Below are positions 12,001-20,917 of a DNA stretch of 64,000 nt, one piece after another. Positions within the stretch are counted from its first letter, which is position 1. The number at the start of each line of letters is the position of its first letter. The notes under the pieces are model-generated. The model was not told where the DNA came from, made no database searches, and worked only from the letters and a program-made list of their open reading frames with translations. The position numbers were made by a program, and so were the translations under genes. The stretch comes from an uncultured Pseudomonadota bacterium (GTDB lineage Bacteria; Pseudomonadota; Alphaproteobacteria; Rs-D84; CACZYB01), in assembly GCA_902785275.1 (NCBI GenBank), contig CACZYB010000001.1, positions 64,001 to 128,000 of the forward strand, in the 5' to 3' direction.

Positions 12001-12933
12001 CATACTTGCAACATCAATACCCTTATCATTGTTTACAACAACAAAACCTTTAAACCTATCATTATATCTTGTACCATCAAAGTCTTTAAAGGCATTCTTT
12101 TCTTTTTCCAAAGCCTCCTTAAGGTTACCCCACAAATCATTAATGATTCTTTCTTGCTCTGCTTTCTTATCTGAATCCCTCCTATTTTTAATAGATTCCA
12201 ATTCATCAGCATTAGCTTTTGTTTTATCTGTTTCTTTTTCAAGCTTATCAAATTGCTTTTGTAAACGATCACGATATTTTTCCAAAGCTTCCTTGTCACC
12301 CCTTGAAATTTCAGAATAAATATCTTCATCACCATGCTCTTTAATTTTATCACTTTCCACGATATATTTTTTTAAATCAGGATTTGTTTTAACAACTTCT
12401 TCTTTTGAAAGCTCTGTTATATTAACATCATGCTTTACACTACCTTCCAAATCATTAATAGCTTTTCTTTCTCTTTTTAATTGATTAAGAAGATCAGTTT
12501 TCTTCTGTGCAATATCTTCAATTAATTTTGCAATTTGAGAATTTATTTCATCAGATCTTATTTTTTCAAGCTTATCTCTTTCTGCAATAAAACGAGTTAG
12601 TTCATCATAAAAGCCAACAATATAGCCAAATGATTTTTCGGCATCCTTTTTAAATTCGTTTGTATCTTTTATTTTTCCCAATAACTCAGAATTTTTATAG
12701 TTAGAAGAAAATTTTTCCTCTGGCTTTCCCTTACAAATTTCTACTTCACCAAAATCCTTACAGAAATTAACATACTCTGACTTAAATTTTTTAACTGCCT
12801 TAACCAAATTTGGGACACTACTATCACTAACATTTAATTTTAAAACAGTCTTTACATCAGAGCCAGCAAAAGCACCTACAAAAAATGAATTTGTAAACAT
12901 GAAAAATAATAATATGGCCAAAATCTTTTTCAT
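9094..12933 (-). CDS. large secreted coiled-coil/Cys-rich hypothetical protein with degenerate internal repeats
   Basis: Signal peptide MKKILAILLFFMFTNSFFVGAFA; 1279-aa ORF; K/E-rich helical repeats; Cys-rich C-terminal half. Confidence 0.8.
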   Translation of the reverse strand: MKKILAILLFFMFTNSFFVGAFAGSDVKTVLKLNVSDSSVPNLVKAVKKFKSEYVNFCKDFGEVEICKGKPEEKFSSNYKNSELLGKIKDTNEFKKDAEKSFGYIVGFYDELTRFIAERDKLEKIRSDEINSQIAKLIEDIAQKKTDLLNQLKRERKAINDLEGSVKHDVNITELSKEEVVKTNPDLKKYIVESDKIKEHGDEDIYSEISRGDKEALEKYRDRLQKQFDKLEKETDKTKANADELESIKNRRDSDKKAEQERIINDLWGNLKEALEKEKNAFKDFDGTRYNDRFKGFVVVNNDKGIDVASMNTAIKNTDKNLGLISHNKDKDDKKNVIEKPELKDISDDDFVKLKSYLETEINVANDNADKLITAKNGAEQAELDKLMNDLFTEKIKEAGLLKNIVSEKPEVKVNDFGDAVDPLNDRLVIAKEKIGKEQAFSTKFKGQDGKTVTNGDINKEIQNCGNDFACKKAALDLEIEKVRYINTELKKIVDQHAKDKEKQAKERQKQFDVAWGQLMDKLETEKKAINHYTKRTVAGYKPDDTGVDLSNMNKEIVSINEKKKKTGNQFPEDLVRHKEFVKKPKLDDKNFDDLIKEINAQSAIADDNVRKLKEAEEQEKSLDIVAKLNSIFSKLKNRMDAINNLELAIYGRDVNNHFNTDKIVYETYDGDRGFVYMTLGYSSGPRVMNINKHFKSNEFCKNIRNSLDWNTVERFVKNPEKISNIESYSNWEKCLEKFIIPQAEKNIENMRMYIQSLQDKCPKGKSWWEKDYREFFIPSDQSYEISQYKLKNGKIVTEAAQLDKFGYVANKDNSMIGKNSKSLYEELKECLFDSLDKKCLPNKNDYNDKITSLEELRTAQNDVDQVCARKKCETFEQKIKNSMDENIKGMLGLFKENSSEFISDYTEKCVPNMNDKNCKKYVELKLGNPNFVPKNIGSIDVANESYLIACKNAVDAESDRRKIIEKQKQIKFECFANDEVYKKKVITQFKAKANENISQIDAFVTDINKKIEKECLDKKISEAMSNIDFACITDEEEKNSFKQEFKRNVLANRDLDINVIVNGINSNIKQLCDERMKSKWCTDFLSQQVEAYGITKDISLPENKMKKQSDCESLIKQVTCKAYYEKLGVPSPGSLNLDAKTCMEKAGFSYINQKANGICNLVNKKEFAVGSTSVSASEEQRLAPGQAQAQSTVSSYVFDGDKYISYCKKNGVPTEIMEPLDVLINYCKVNNKSPELTKMCGTEKSSQTMAKMLRYSYEAVSAGTCSNICDCAKKLKRN

Positions 12934-12939
12934 ACGGAT

Positions 12940-12968
12940 ATTATATCATTTTTTTTAATCAAGGGCAA
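12940..12968 (-). promoter_or_regulatory. sigma70 promoter with extended -10, probably giving a leaderless mRNA
   Basis: TTGCCC-17 nt-TATAAT (spacer ends TGA, giving TGnTATAAT)-6 nt-ATG(12933), with no SD. Confidence 0.55.
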
Positions 12969-13025
12969 GGGGTATTTAAAAAAAACTCCCATCAAAAGTG
13001 GGAGCTATAAAACACATTTTAAATT

Positions 13026-14027
13026 TTATTCAGTAACATCTGTAGTTGACGAAGTTGGCTCAACAACCTCTGCTGGCTTTTCAGCAGGTTTTTCAGTCTT
13101 CTTCTTTGCCCAATCTTCACCGGCAAAAACACCAACTTGATCAACAACCCAATCTTTACCACCCTTAAGAATACCTTCTTTTTCAATCTTTCTTTCAAGA
13201 GAACTTTTCTTATCAACAAGTTGAATATTTGCATCATAAAGTTCAGTATAGTGTTTATCACCACACATCATATTACCCTGTGACTTCAAACTGTTTGTAA
13301 GTTGAATCAAATCACGTGGAAATTCTGTTGTCTTGAAATCAATTTTCAAATCAAGAAGTCTTGTATACGATGCAAGATTTGACCAACCAATATTTCCAAC
13401 CTTTGAGAAGTACACGGTTAAATCATCACCCGCTTCAGAAGGAGAAATTGTTTCACCATTTGAAAGTTGTGCATACTGTGCAATAATTGCATTTGTACCA
13501 CAATAATCATCCAAAGCAGATTGTGAAATTATAACCTTTTCATTTTGGTTTGTAAGTACATATCTGTAACATGCTTCCGCAGCCAAAGAACGAGCCACTG
13601 CAATATTACAATTTTTCTTTTCATTAAGTGCATAGCTATCATATGAATCCCAAAGATTATTTACAGCTTCCTCAATAAAGTTTGCACAGTATGTTTCGTT
13701 AACATCTTTTATATCAGTAGGAAGAGTAATTTTTGCATATGCTTCTGTTGCATTTTTACACTTAGTTTTACCACAATAATTTTGAAGAGCATTCACAACC
13801 ATACTGGAACATTTTCTTTTTGCAACAGCATCAGTCACAGCCGCAACCTTTGTATAGTCAGAAGATGTTTTTGTAGTATCAGAAACAGTTGCATTCACAG
13901 TAGTTGTCACACCACGAACAGTTACATTTTTTGAACCGGAACGAATATTATTATGTCTTCTTCCAGCCTCAGCATCCATAGATACCAAAACCCCAAGTCC
14001 AAGCAATGCAATAATCTTTTTATTCAT
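13026..14027 (-). CDS. secreted Cys-rich hypothetical protein, paralog family A
   Basis: Signal peptide ending AEA, GGGAG RBS, conserved family A blocks. Confidence 0.8.
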   Translation of the reverse strand: MNKKIIALLGLGVLVSMDAEAGRRHNNIRSGSKNVTVRGVTTTVNATVSDTTKTSSDYTKVAAVTDAVAKRKCSSMVVNALQNYCGKTKCKNATEAYAKITLPTDIKDVNETYCANFIEEAVNNLWDSYDSYALNEKKNCNIAVARSLAAEACYRYVLTNQNEKVIISQSALDDYCGTNAIIAQYAQLSNGETISPSEAGDDLTVYFSKVGNIGWSNLASYTRLLDLKIDFKTTEFPRDLIQLTNSLKSQGNMMCGDKHYTELYDANIQLVDKKSSLERKIEKEGILKGGKDWVVDQVGVFAGEDWAKKKTEKPAEKPAEVVEPTSSTTDVTE

Positions 14028-14044
14028 TTAAATTCTCCCTATTT

Positions 14045-15493
14045 TTACTCATTAAATTTTGTGTTTAAATAATTTATAATGTTGTTAACATCTGTTGCTT
14101 CCTCTAACTTTTCCGCAACAATTTTGTTAAGATAAGTTCTTGGTAAAACAACATCAACCGTATGCTTTACCTGTTCGACATCTACTTTCGATGTTCCAAC
14201 CTTAACATCAATAATTGCATAAGCCCCCTTTGCAACCAAAAGATATCTTCCATCATGATCTTTGGTAATAAGCCCAAGTTTTTCATCAGGATTATCATCA
14301 TCGACATTCAAACTTTCCAAACCATCAACAACATCAATACCAGGAGCTGAAGCATCATCCTTTTCTTCATCAGAACCAAAGATACCCTTTTTAATTACCT
14401 TATTTGCCTTATCTTCACCAATAAAGACACTTGCCTGAGTCATAGCCCAATCTTGACCACCCTTTAAGGCCCCCTTCTCACTAATCTGACGTTGAAGTGA
14501 TGATTTTTCATCTAAGATTTGCATATCAATTTTGTGTTCTGAAATTGCATACTCTTTTCCACAAGCCGCCCCAACATCACTTAAATGAGAATTCAAAATC
14601 TGTGTAATATCACGTTCCCATGTATTAGTTTTATCAGTAATTTTTCCATCCAAGAAATTACCAATCAATGCAGAACCATCCGCCGCACCAATTTTCCCAG
14701 CATGCAAATATAAATCCGGAATATTCTTTGGAAACTTTACCCTTGAACTATCATCTTCACCAAAAAGTTGAGCCCACTTTGCATGAAGCCCAGTATATCC
14801 ACAAATGTTTTGCAAATCAGATGAAATATTCCTTGTTGCACCATATGCCTTTCCCGCAGCCAACACAGCCTGAAAACATTCATTCGATGCTTCGGCAACA
14901 ACTCTTTTAAGCTTACAGTTTGGTGAATTTATTCCTGTAATTGAAAAATCTTCTGCAACAGATTTTGCCAAATCTTCGGTATATAAATAACAAACCTTAT
15001 CATACTCATACTGTACCCCATTTATATATACGATAAGGGAGGATGTATCAAACTTTAAAAACAAATCATTCGCATCATAGCATTTCAAACTTTTATCTTC
15101 GGAAAGCCCATTATTTGAAAAAGCATCACGACAAACATTATTCACAGCATTCAAAAATACGTTTCCACATGCTTTTTTCTGAGCAATCACAGTAGGATCA
15201 GTTTTTTGGAAACATTCAATTGGATTTAAGGCATTTTTAACATAGTTTACAGGATCCAAGCATTCACACTCTGACCCATTGGCATTTGGTTGAGCATTTT
15301 GCCCACATTTCAAAGCATTACTGTTTGACGAGGAAGCCAAAAGACTCTTATTCACGCGAAGTCCGGCTGAATCTTTGTAATTTGAAGCCTTTGAGATTTT
15401 AGATGAGCGTCGTACCTCACGACAAAAGGAAATATCGGTAAACGCTACCGAAAAAAAACAAGCTAGTAATGAAAATTTTGTAAATTTTCTCAT
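14045..15493 (-). CDS. secreted Cys-rich hypothetical protein, paralog family A, with an extra EGF-like Cys module
   Basis: Signal peptide; CGQNA...ECEC...C module; family A blocks (SSLQRQISEKGALKGGQDW...GEDKA). Confidence 0.8.
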   Translation of the reverse strand: MRKFTKFSLLACFFSVAFTDISFCREVRRSSKISKASNYKDSAGLRVNKSLLASSSNSNALKCGQNAQPNANGSECECLDPVNYVKNALNPIECFQKTDPTVIAQKKACGNVFLNAVNNVCRDAFSNNGLSEDKSLKCYDANDLFLKFDTSSLIVYINGVQYEYDKVCYLYTEDLAKSVAEDFSITGINSPNCKLKRVVAEASNECFQAVLAAGKAYGATRNISSDLQNICGYTGLHAKWAQLFGEDDSSRVKFPKNIPDLYLHAGKIGAADGSALIGNFLDGKITDKTNTWERDITQILNSHLSDVGAACGKEYAISEHKIDMQILDEKSSLQRQISEKGALKGGQDWAMTQASVFIGEDKANKVIKKGIFGSDEEKDDASAPGIDVVDGLESLNVDDDNPDEKLGLITKDHDGRYLLVAKGAYAIIDVKVGTSKVDVEQVKHTVDVVLPRTYLNKIVAEKLEEATDVNNIINYLNTKFNE

Positions 15494-15666
15494 TCTTTTC
15501 CTCTACCTCATTACATTATAGCACTTTTTTAAATTTTAATCAATTAAAATAATTATTTTACCATTTTTTTAATAAACACTTGAAAATTTGTAAAAATAAG
15601 TATAAAAATATATTAATTTTTTAATAATCGGGTAGTTTTACCCTTCAATTTTTATAGGAGTTTATT

Positions 15667-16278
15667 ATGATTGGAAAAATATTGATGCCTAAAGCAACTG
15701 CAGTTTGGTTGATTGATAATACTGCATTAACATTCGAACAAATTGCTGATTTCTGTGGTATGCATGTACTAGAAGTTCAAGCATTAGCTGATCGTGAAAT
15801 AACAGAATATATCGTTGGAACAAGCCCAATTCTTAACGGTATGCTTACAAAAGAAGACATTGAAAAATGTGAAAAAGATCCATCAGCAAGACTTTCACTT
15901 AACAAAACATCAGAAGAATTCATAAATAAAAGTCGTGATGTAAAATCAAGATATACTCCTATGGCACACAGACAAAATCGTCCTGATGCAATTTTGTGGC
16001 TTATAAAGAACCATCCTGATATTTCAGATGCTCAAATTTGTAAACTTGTAAGAACAACAAAATCAACTATTGAAGCAATTCGTGACAGAACACACAAAAG
16101 TATTGCAGAAATTCAACCAAGAAATCCTGTACTTTTGGGAATTTGTTCTGAATTTGACTTAACAAAAGCTATCGCAGAAGCTGAAAAAAAGGCTGAAAAT
16201 GCAAGAAAAAGAGCAGAAGCTTTAAGCAAAAAAGCCAATAAAATTTCAGAAAATGATACTTTTGAAGAAGAAATATAG
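15667..16278 (+). CDS. trcR: DUF1013 family protein (TrcR-like cell-cycle transcription regulator)
   Basis: LMPKATAVWLIDNTALTFEQIADFCGMH, RYTP...RQNRPDAILWL, typical of alphaproteobacterial DUF1013. Confidence 0.88.
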   Translation: MIGKILMPKATAVWLIDNTALTFEQIADFCGMHVLEVQALADREITEYIVGTSPILNGMLTKEDIEKCEKDPSARLSLNKTSEEFINKSRDVKSRYTPMAHRQNRPDAILWLIKNHPDISDAQICKLVRTTKSTIEAIRDRTHKSIAEIQPRNPVLLGICSEFDLTKAIAEAEKKAENARKRAEALSKKANKISENDTFEEEI

Positions 16279-16363
16279 TTGTTTTTCCTAAAATACATTG
16301 ACTTTTGTCATAAAAAGTTTTAGAAAGAACAAATGAAAACGCGTTTCCTTTAACCTTTAAATT

Positions 16364-18559
16364 GTGGTGTTTATTGTGTTCTTTAAGAAAAAAAAATCAG
16401 AAAAAAATATCGACAGTATGGTTGCTCCTGAAAAAAATATAGAAGCAACCTCTTCTGTTAATAGTATTAACCCTGCTTTTGAAGAAGATGAAAATCTTAA
16501 TCAAACTTCATTCAGTGATAAAAATCTATCACCAGAAGATATGGCAACCGAATTTTTGGTTTCTGGCCTTTCTGAAAATCTTCAAAAACTTATAAAGCAC
16601 GCCCAAAAAACGGGCGTCGTTTCACGTATAATGGTCGAACAAGCTTGTGAAATGGATGGTCTTTCTGCAGAAGAAGCCGAAGATGCCCTTATCCGTATTT
16701 CGGAAATCGGTGTAAACATAAAAGAAGAATATGATGAAGGTGAAGAACTTTCCATCGGTGATGATGAAGACAAAGATGTAAAAACATCTTACAACAGATC
16801 TGAAAACAATTCTTTCGATGACGAAGACGATGAAGATGAAGAAGATATTGAATTAAAGCAATCAAAAAATGCAACTGCAATGCAAGAATTTCTTTCTTCA
16901 CACCAGGGTGATGATGATGAAATCAAATTTGTTGAAAGCAGAAGCAGTGATCCAGTAAGAAATTATCTTCGTGCAATGGGTACCATCGAACTTTTCTCTC
17001 GTGCTGGAGAAATTGCTATTGCAAAAAGAATTGAAGCTGGCCGTAAACTTATGATTGAAGGTCTTTGCGACAGCCCTATGACTGTTAAAAAAATTCTTGA
17101 TTGGTACGACAGTCTTACAAAGGAAGAAATGCAACTTCGTGATATCATCAACCTTGATTTGATGTATGGCGATGTATTTATGGATAAGGATTTTTCAGAA
17201 GAAGAACTTGAAGCTGAAGAAGAAGACGATGATACTTCTACAATTGATGATTTAGATGATGAAAACCTTGATGAATCTGAATTATATGAAGACAGTTCAC
17301 AGGTTCCAATAACCGCAATGGAAGAATCATTACGTCCAACAGTTGTTGAAACTTTTGAAAATATTAAAAAGGTTTATTCAAAGTTACATAAATTAGAAGA
17401 AAAACAAGGCGATTCTAAAACAAAAACAACCCTTGCTACGTTCAAGGAAAAACATGCAAAACTTTATGTCGAACTTGTTTCCTATATGTCTGTAATAAAG
17501 CTTAACGATGCAAGGATTACCGAACTTCTTGATGAAATGACCGATAAAAACAAAAAGCTTTTATCACTTGAAGGTCGTCTTCTCCGTTTGGCTGAAAATT
17601 CCAGAATTAAACGTGAAGACTTCCTTGAAAAATATAAGGAAAGCGGTCTTACTGATGCATGGATAAAGAAAATTTCAAAGATTACATCAAAAGATTGGAA
17701 ACGTTTCACAACTGTACACATTGATGAAATCAACAGAATTAAAAATGAAATGCAGGCAATCCAGGACGAAACTGGTCTTCCACTAAAGGAATACAAAACT
17801 GTTGTTGAAGTGGTAAGAAAAGGTGAACGTTTTGAATCCGCCGCTAAAAAGGAAATGATTGAAGCTAACCTTCGTTTGGTTATCTCTATTGCAAAGAAAT
17901 ATACAAACCGTGGTCTTCAATTCCTTGATTTGGTACAAGAAGGTAACATCGGTCTTATGAAAGCCGTTGATAAGTTTGAATACCGTCGTGGTTACAAATT
18001 CTCAACTTATGCAACATGGTGGATAAGACAGGCTATAACACGTTCTATCGCTGATCAGGCACGAACAATCCGTATTCCTGTTCACATGATTGAAACAATC
18101 ACAAAGTTGAAAAAAACTTCACGTGTTATGATGCAAGATATGGGCCGTGAACCAACACCAGAAGAACTTGCAAAGAAAATTGGTATGCCAATTGATCGTG
18201 TAAGAAAAGTTCTTCGTATCGCGAAATCCCCTATCTCTCTTGAAACACCGGTTGGTGATGATGAGGATAGTTCATTCCGCGATTTCCTTGAAGATAAAAA
18301 TGTTGTTAAACCACTTGATGCCGTTGTTAACAGCAACCTTCGTGAAATTACATCACAGGTTTTATCAACACTTACACCAAGGGAAGAACGTGTTCTTCGT
18401 ATGCGTTTCGGTATCGGTATGAACAGCGATCATACATTGGAAGAAGTTGGTAAACAATTCTCTGTTACCCGTGAACGTATTCGTCAAATTGAAGCAAAGG
18501 CTTTAAGAAAATTAAAGCACCCTACCCGTGCCAAAAAGCTTAAAACTTTTGTTGAATAA
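16364..18559 (+). CDS. rpoD: RNA polymerase sigma factor RpoD (exact start uncertain)
   Basis: [61 protein letters not shown]. Confidence 0.98.
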   Translation: MVFIVFFKKKKSEKNIDSMVAPEKNIEATSSVNSINPAFEEDENLNQTSFSDKNLSPEDMATEFLVSGLSENLQKLIKHAQKTGVVSRIMVEQACEMDGLSAEEAEDALIRISEIGVNIKEEYDEGEELSIGDDEDKDVKTSYNRSENNSFDDEDDEDEEDIELKQSKNATAMQEFLSSHQGDDDEIKFVESRSSDPVRNYLRAMGTIELFSRAGEIAIAKRIEAGRKLMIEGLCDSPMTVKKILDWYDSLTKEEMQLRDIINLDLMYGDVFMDKDFSEEELEAEEEDDDTSTIDDLDDENLDESELYEDSSQVPITAMEESLRPTVVETFENIKKVYSKLHKLEEKQGDSKTKTTLATFKEKHAKLYVELVSYMSVIKLNDARITELLDEMTDKNKKLLSLEGRLLRLAENSRIKREDFLEKYKESGLTDAWIKKISKITSKDWKRFTTVHIDEINRIKNEMQAIQDETGLPLKEYKTVVEVVRKGERFESAAKKEMIEANLRLVISIAKKYTNRGLQFLDLVQEGNIGLMKAVDKFEYRRGYKFSTYATWWIRQAITRSIADQARTIRIPVHMIETITKLKKTSRVMMQDMGREPTPEELAKKIGMPIDRVRKVLRIAKSPISLETPVGDDEDSSFRDFLEDKNVVKPLDAVVNSNLREITSQVLSTLTPREERVLRMRFGIGMNSDHTLEEVGKQFSVTRERIRQIEAKALRKLKHPTRAKKLKTFVE

Positions 18560-18589
18560 ATTTGATTTAAAAATTAACTATAAAAAATT

Positions 18590-18616
18590 AAGCCCCCGTT
18601 TCCGAGGGCTTTTTTT
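18590..18616. terminator. bidirectional terminator between rpoD and the convergent gene
   Basis: AAGCCCCCG-TTTC-CGAGGGCTT hairpin with a T-run downstream and an A-run upstream. Confidence 0.75.
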
Positions 18617-18636
18617 GAACATATCACAAAGAATTT

Positions 18637-19899
18637 TTACAATGCTTTCTCACACTTTTCGGCCATATCACTATCTTTTTTAGCTTTAGATATCTGTACA
18701 GCGGAAAGTGTTGTCGAAGTTGCCGAAGTACCAAGAGTTACACCAGCCAAAATATTTGACGCAGTATTCAAATTTTTTTCCTTCTTTTTACCTGCTTCAG
18801 TATTGTCATTACGAACACTGTCTTTGTTTGCCATAAATGAAGTAACAGTACCCGCACCCGCAGTCATTGTACCAATACCAGAAACAATACTATTTGCTGT
18901 GGCAAGGTTTTTAAGTGATTTAATATTTCCTTCATCATAACCTGTACATACAGAAAGTATATTATTTGCACTTACAACCAAAGTATCAGTTGCTTCAACT
19001 TCCTCCGCCTCAGCAGTTGCTTTAGCCAAACGAAGTTCAGACAATGCGCTATTACAGCTAGACATTTTTTCTGCAAGCTTGGTTGCACTAAGTGTCGCAC
19101 CAATCGATGTTCCTGTAGATACAGCAGATGTCAAAGTTGCACCAGCCATCAAACCAGTTCTAACATGCCCCAAAGTCTTTGATGTCTTTTCATCCTTGGC
19201 AATCTCTGCCCTTAATGCTTCTGCATCCTTATCCAAATCAGACAAAGCAGAGGCCACAGACTTCTTTAAATTTTCTTCACTACTTGTATCCAAAGAAATA
19301 TCTTTAGGTGTCAAAAGGTTAAGTTCAGCTTCTTTTTCCTCAATCTTTTTATCTTTGTTTGCCTTAACTAATCCAACAGCTAAAGCACCACCAGAAACAA
19401 GAGTTCCTAAACCAGAAGATACAGTTGTTGCAACACTCAAACCAAATATTGTATCAAGGTTTGATTTAATACCTGAACATTCATTTCTTACATTATCAAG
19501 TTTTGATGAAAGGCTTTCTTTTGCCTTTTTCAAAGATTCGTTTTTCTTTTCTTCCTCTTTTTTCTTCATATTTGCAATAAGATCGTTATTTGCCTGAAGT
19601 TCATCTCTTACAACAGCCCTTACCGCATCAACATCATTTGTTACACTGTTATCAATAATTTTTGTTTCAACAACAGGTGTACTTGTAACCACAGGTTCAG
19701 AAGCAACAACTGCTTTTTTCTCCTCAACTATTGCCTCAACATCCTTAACATCGACACTTGTTTTCTTTGACATTTTTTTCACTGCTGAAACTCTTTTCTT
19801 ATTTGATCCAGCACGCTTTTTTGATGGTTTTGAATACGCAATCGCAGATTCAAGTGAAATTGCCAATACCAAAGTTAATACAGAAACTTTTTTAAACAT
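18637..19899 (-). CDS. secreted protein, paralog family B (two Cys-bracketed Gly/Ala/Thr-rich hydrophobic hairpin units)
   Basis: Signal peptide and basic tract; unit 1 ECSGI...SGLGTLVSGGALAVG...RTGLMAGA...SSCNSAL; unit 2 VCTGY...SGIGTMTAGAGTVTS...LAGVTLG...EKCEKAL. Confidence 0.8.
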   Translation of the reverse strand: MFKKVSVLTLVLAISLESAIAYSKPSKKRAGSNKKRVSAVKKMSKKTSVDVKDVEAIVEEKKAVVASEPVVTSTPVVETKIIDNSVTNDVDAVRAVVRDELQANNDLIANMKKKEEEKKNESLKKAKESLSSKLDNVRNECSGIKSNLDTIFGLSVATTVSSGLGTLVSGGALAVGLVKANKDKKIEEKEAELNLLTPKDISLDTSSEENLKKSVASALSDLDKDAEALRAEIAKDEKTSKTLGHVRTGLMAGATLTSAVSTGTSIGATLSATKLAEKMSSCNSALSELRLAKATAEAEEVEATDTLVVSANNILSVCTGYDEGNIKSLKNLATANSIVSGIGTMTAGAGTVTSFMANKDSVRNDNTEAGKKKEKNLNTASNILAGVTLGTSATSTTLSAVQISKAKKDSDMAEKCEKAL

Positions 19900-19908
19900 T
19901 TTTATCTC

Positions 19909-20736
19909 CTATTTTCCTGCTCTTGCTTTTATATAACTGTTGTTATCATAAAGATTTGTGATACAACTCTTAATCCATTGTTCATTTATTCTGTCCTTCA
20001 CGGTCGGATCATAAGCGGATAACTTATTAACTATATAAGCAAACTTTCTGTTATAATCGAAACTTGAAGAAGAAAGTAATTCTGCTAAATCAGATTCTCT
20101 ATTAGATAATTTTCTATACCATATAGCCGAATTATCTCTCGCTTTATTTGTTAAAAAATCACCATTATAACCATCTTCTGTTAATGGAATTTTCAATTCA
20201 TTATATAAGTTTCTTACATATCTTAAATCCAAATAAATCATAATTTCACCATTATAAATTTCGTCATAGAACCAATCTGCACAATCAGAAGAAACTACTG
20301 TACTTATACCAACACACTTCTTTGCCATTCTACTTATTTCACCAATAGAACTGTCCTCACAGTCAGGAATAGAATTACAATTTGCATCCTTTGGAAAATA
20401 ACCTTTCAATGCATCACAAAGCTGCATATATTCAGAATACAAAGTACTTTGATTTAATTCATTAATTACAAGTCTATATGATTGTCTTTTTTCTTCATCA
20501 TCTGGATTATAGTTTTTCATAGAACTCATTAATAAATTTTGCAATTCTGATTTTCCAAGTTGTGAACATTTTACTTTATCTTCATCCTTTACAACACCAG
20601 GACACATTTCTTGCAATGTTGACAATGAAACATTTCTTAAATCATCTAAACTTATATTTTCATTTGCAGCCTTAACATTAAAACCTAAACAACAAAAAAT
20701 AAAACTTAAACTTATAAAAATTTTATTTATTTTCAT
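19909..20736 (-). CDS. secreted Cys-containing hypothetical protein
   Basis: Signal peptide ending VKA; strong SD AGAAGGAGGAGA. Confidence 0.7.
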   Translation of the reverse strand: MKINKIFISLSFIFCCLGFNVKAANENISLDDLRNVSLSTLQEMCPGVVKDEDKVKCSQLGKSELQNLLMSSMKNYNPDDEEKRQSYRLVINELNQSTLYSEYMQLCDALKGYFPKDANCNSIPDCEDSSIGEISRMAKKCVGISTVVSSDCADWFYDEIYNGEIMIYLDLRYVRNLYNELKIPLTEDGYNGDFLTNKARDNSAIWYRKLSNRESDLAELLSSSSFDYNRKFAYIVNKLSAYDPTVKDRINEQWIKSCITNLYDNNSYIKARAGK

Positions 20737-20917
20737 AATTTATCTCTCCTCCTTCTACATCAAATTAAATCAAAAGGAATAACTATTCCAACTTAACTTT
20801 TCTAAATATATCATAATTCGCAAACAAAAGCAATAAATTCTCAAAACACAAATAAAAAAACACACTATCAAATCATTCAATAGTGTAAAATTTCAAGAAC
20901 AAACTCATACATAAAAT

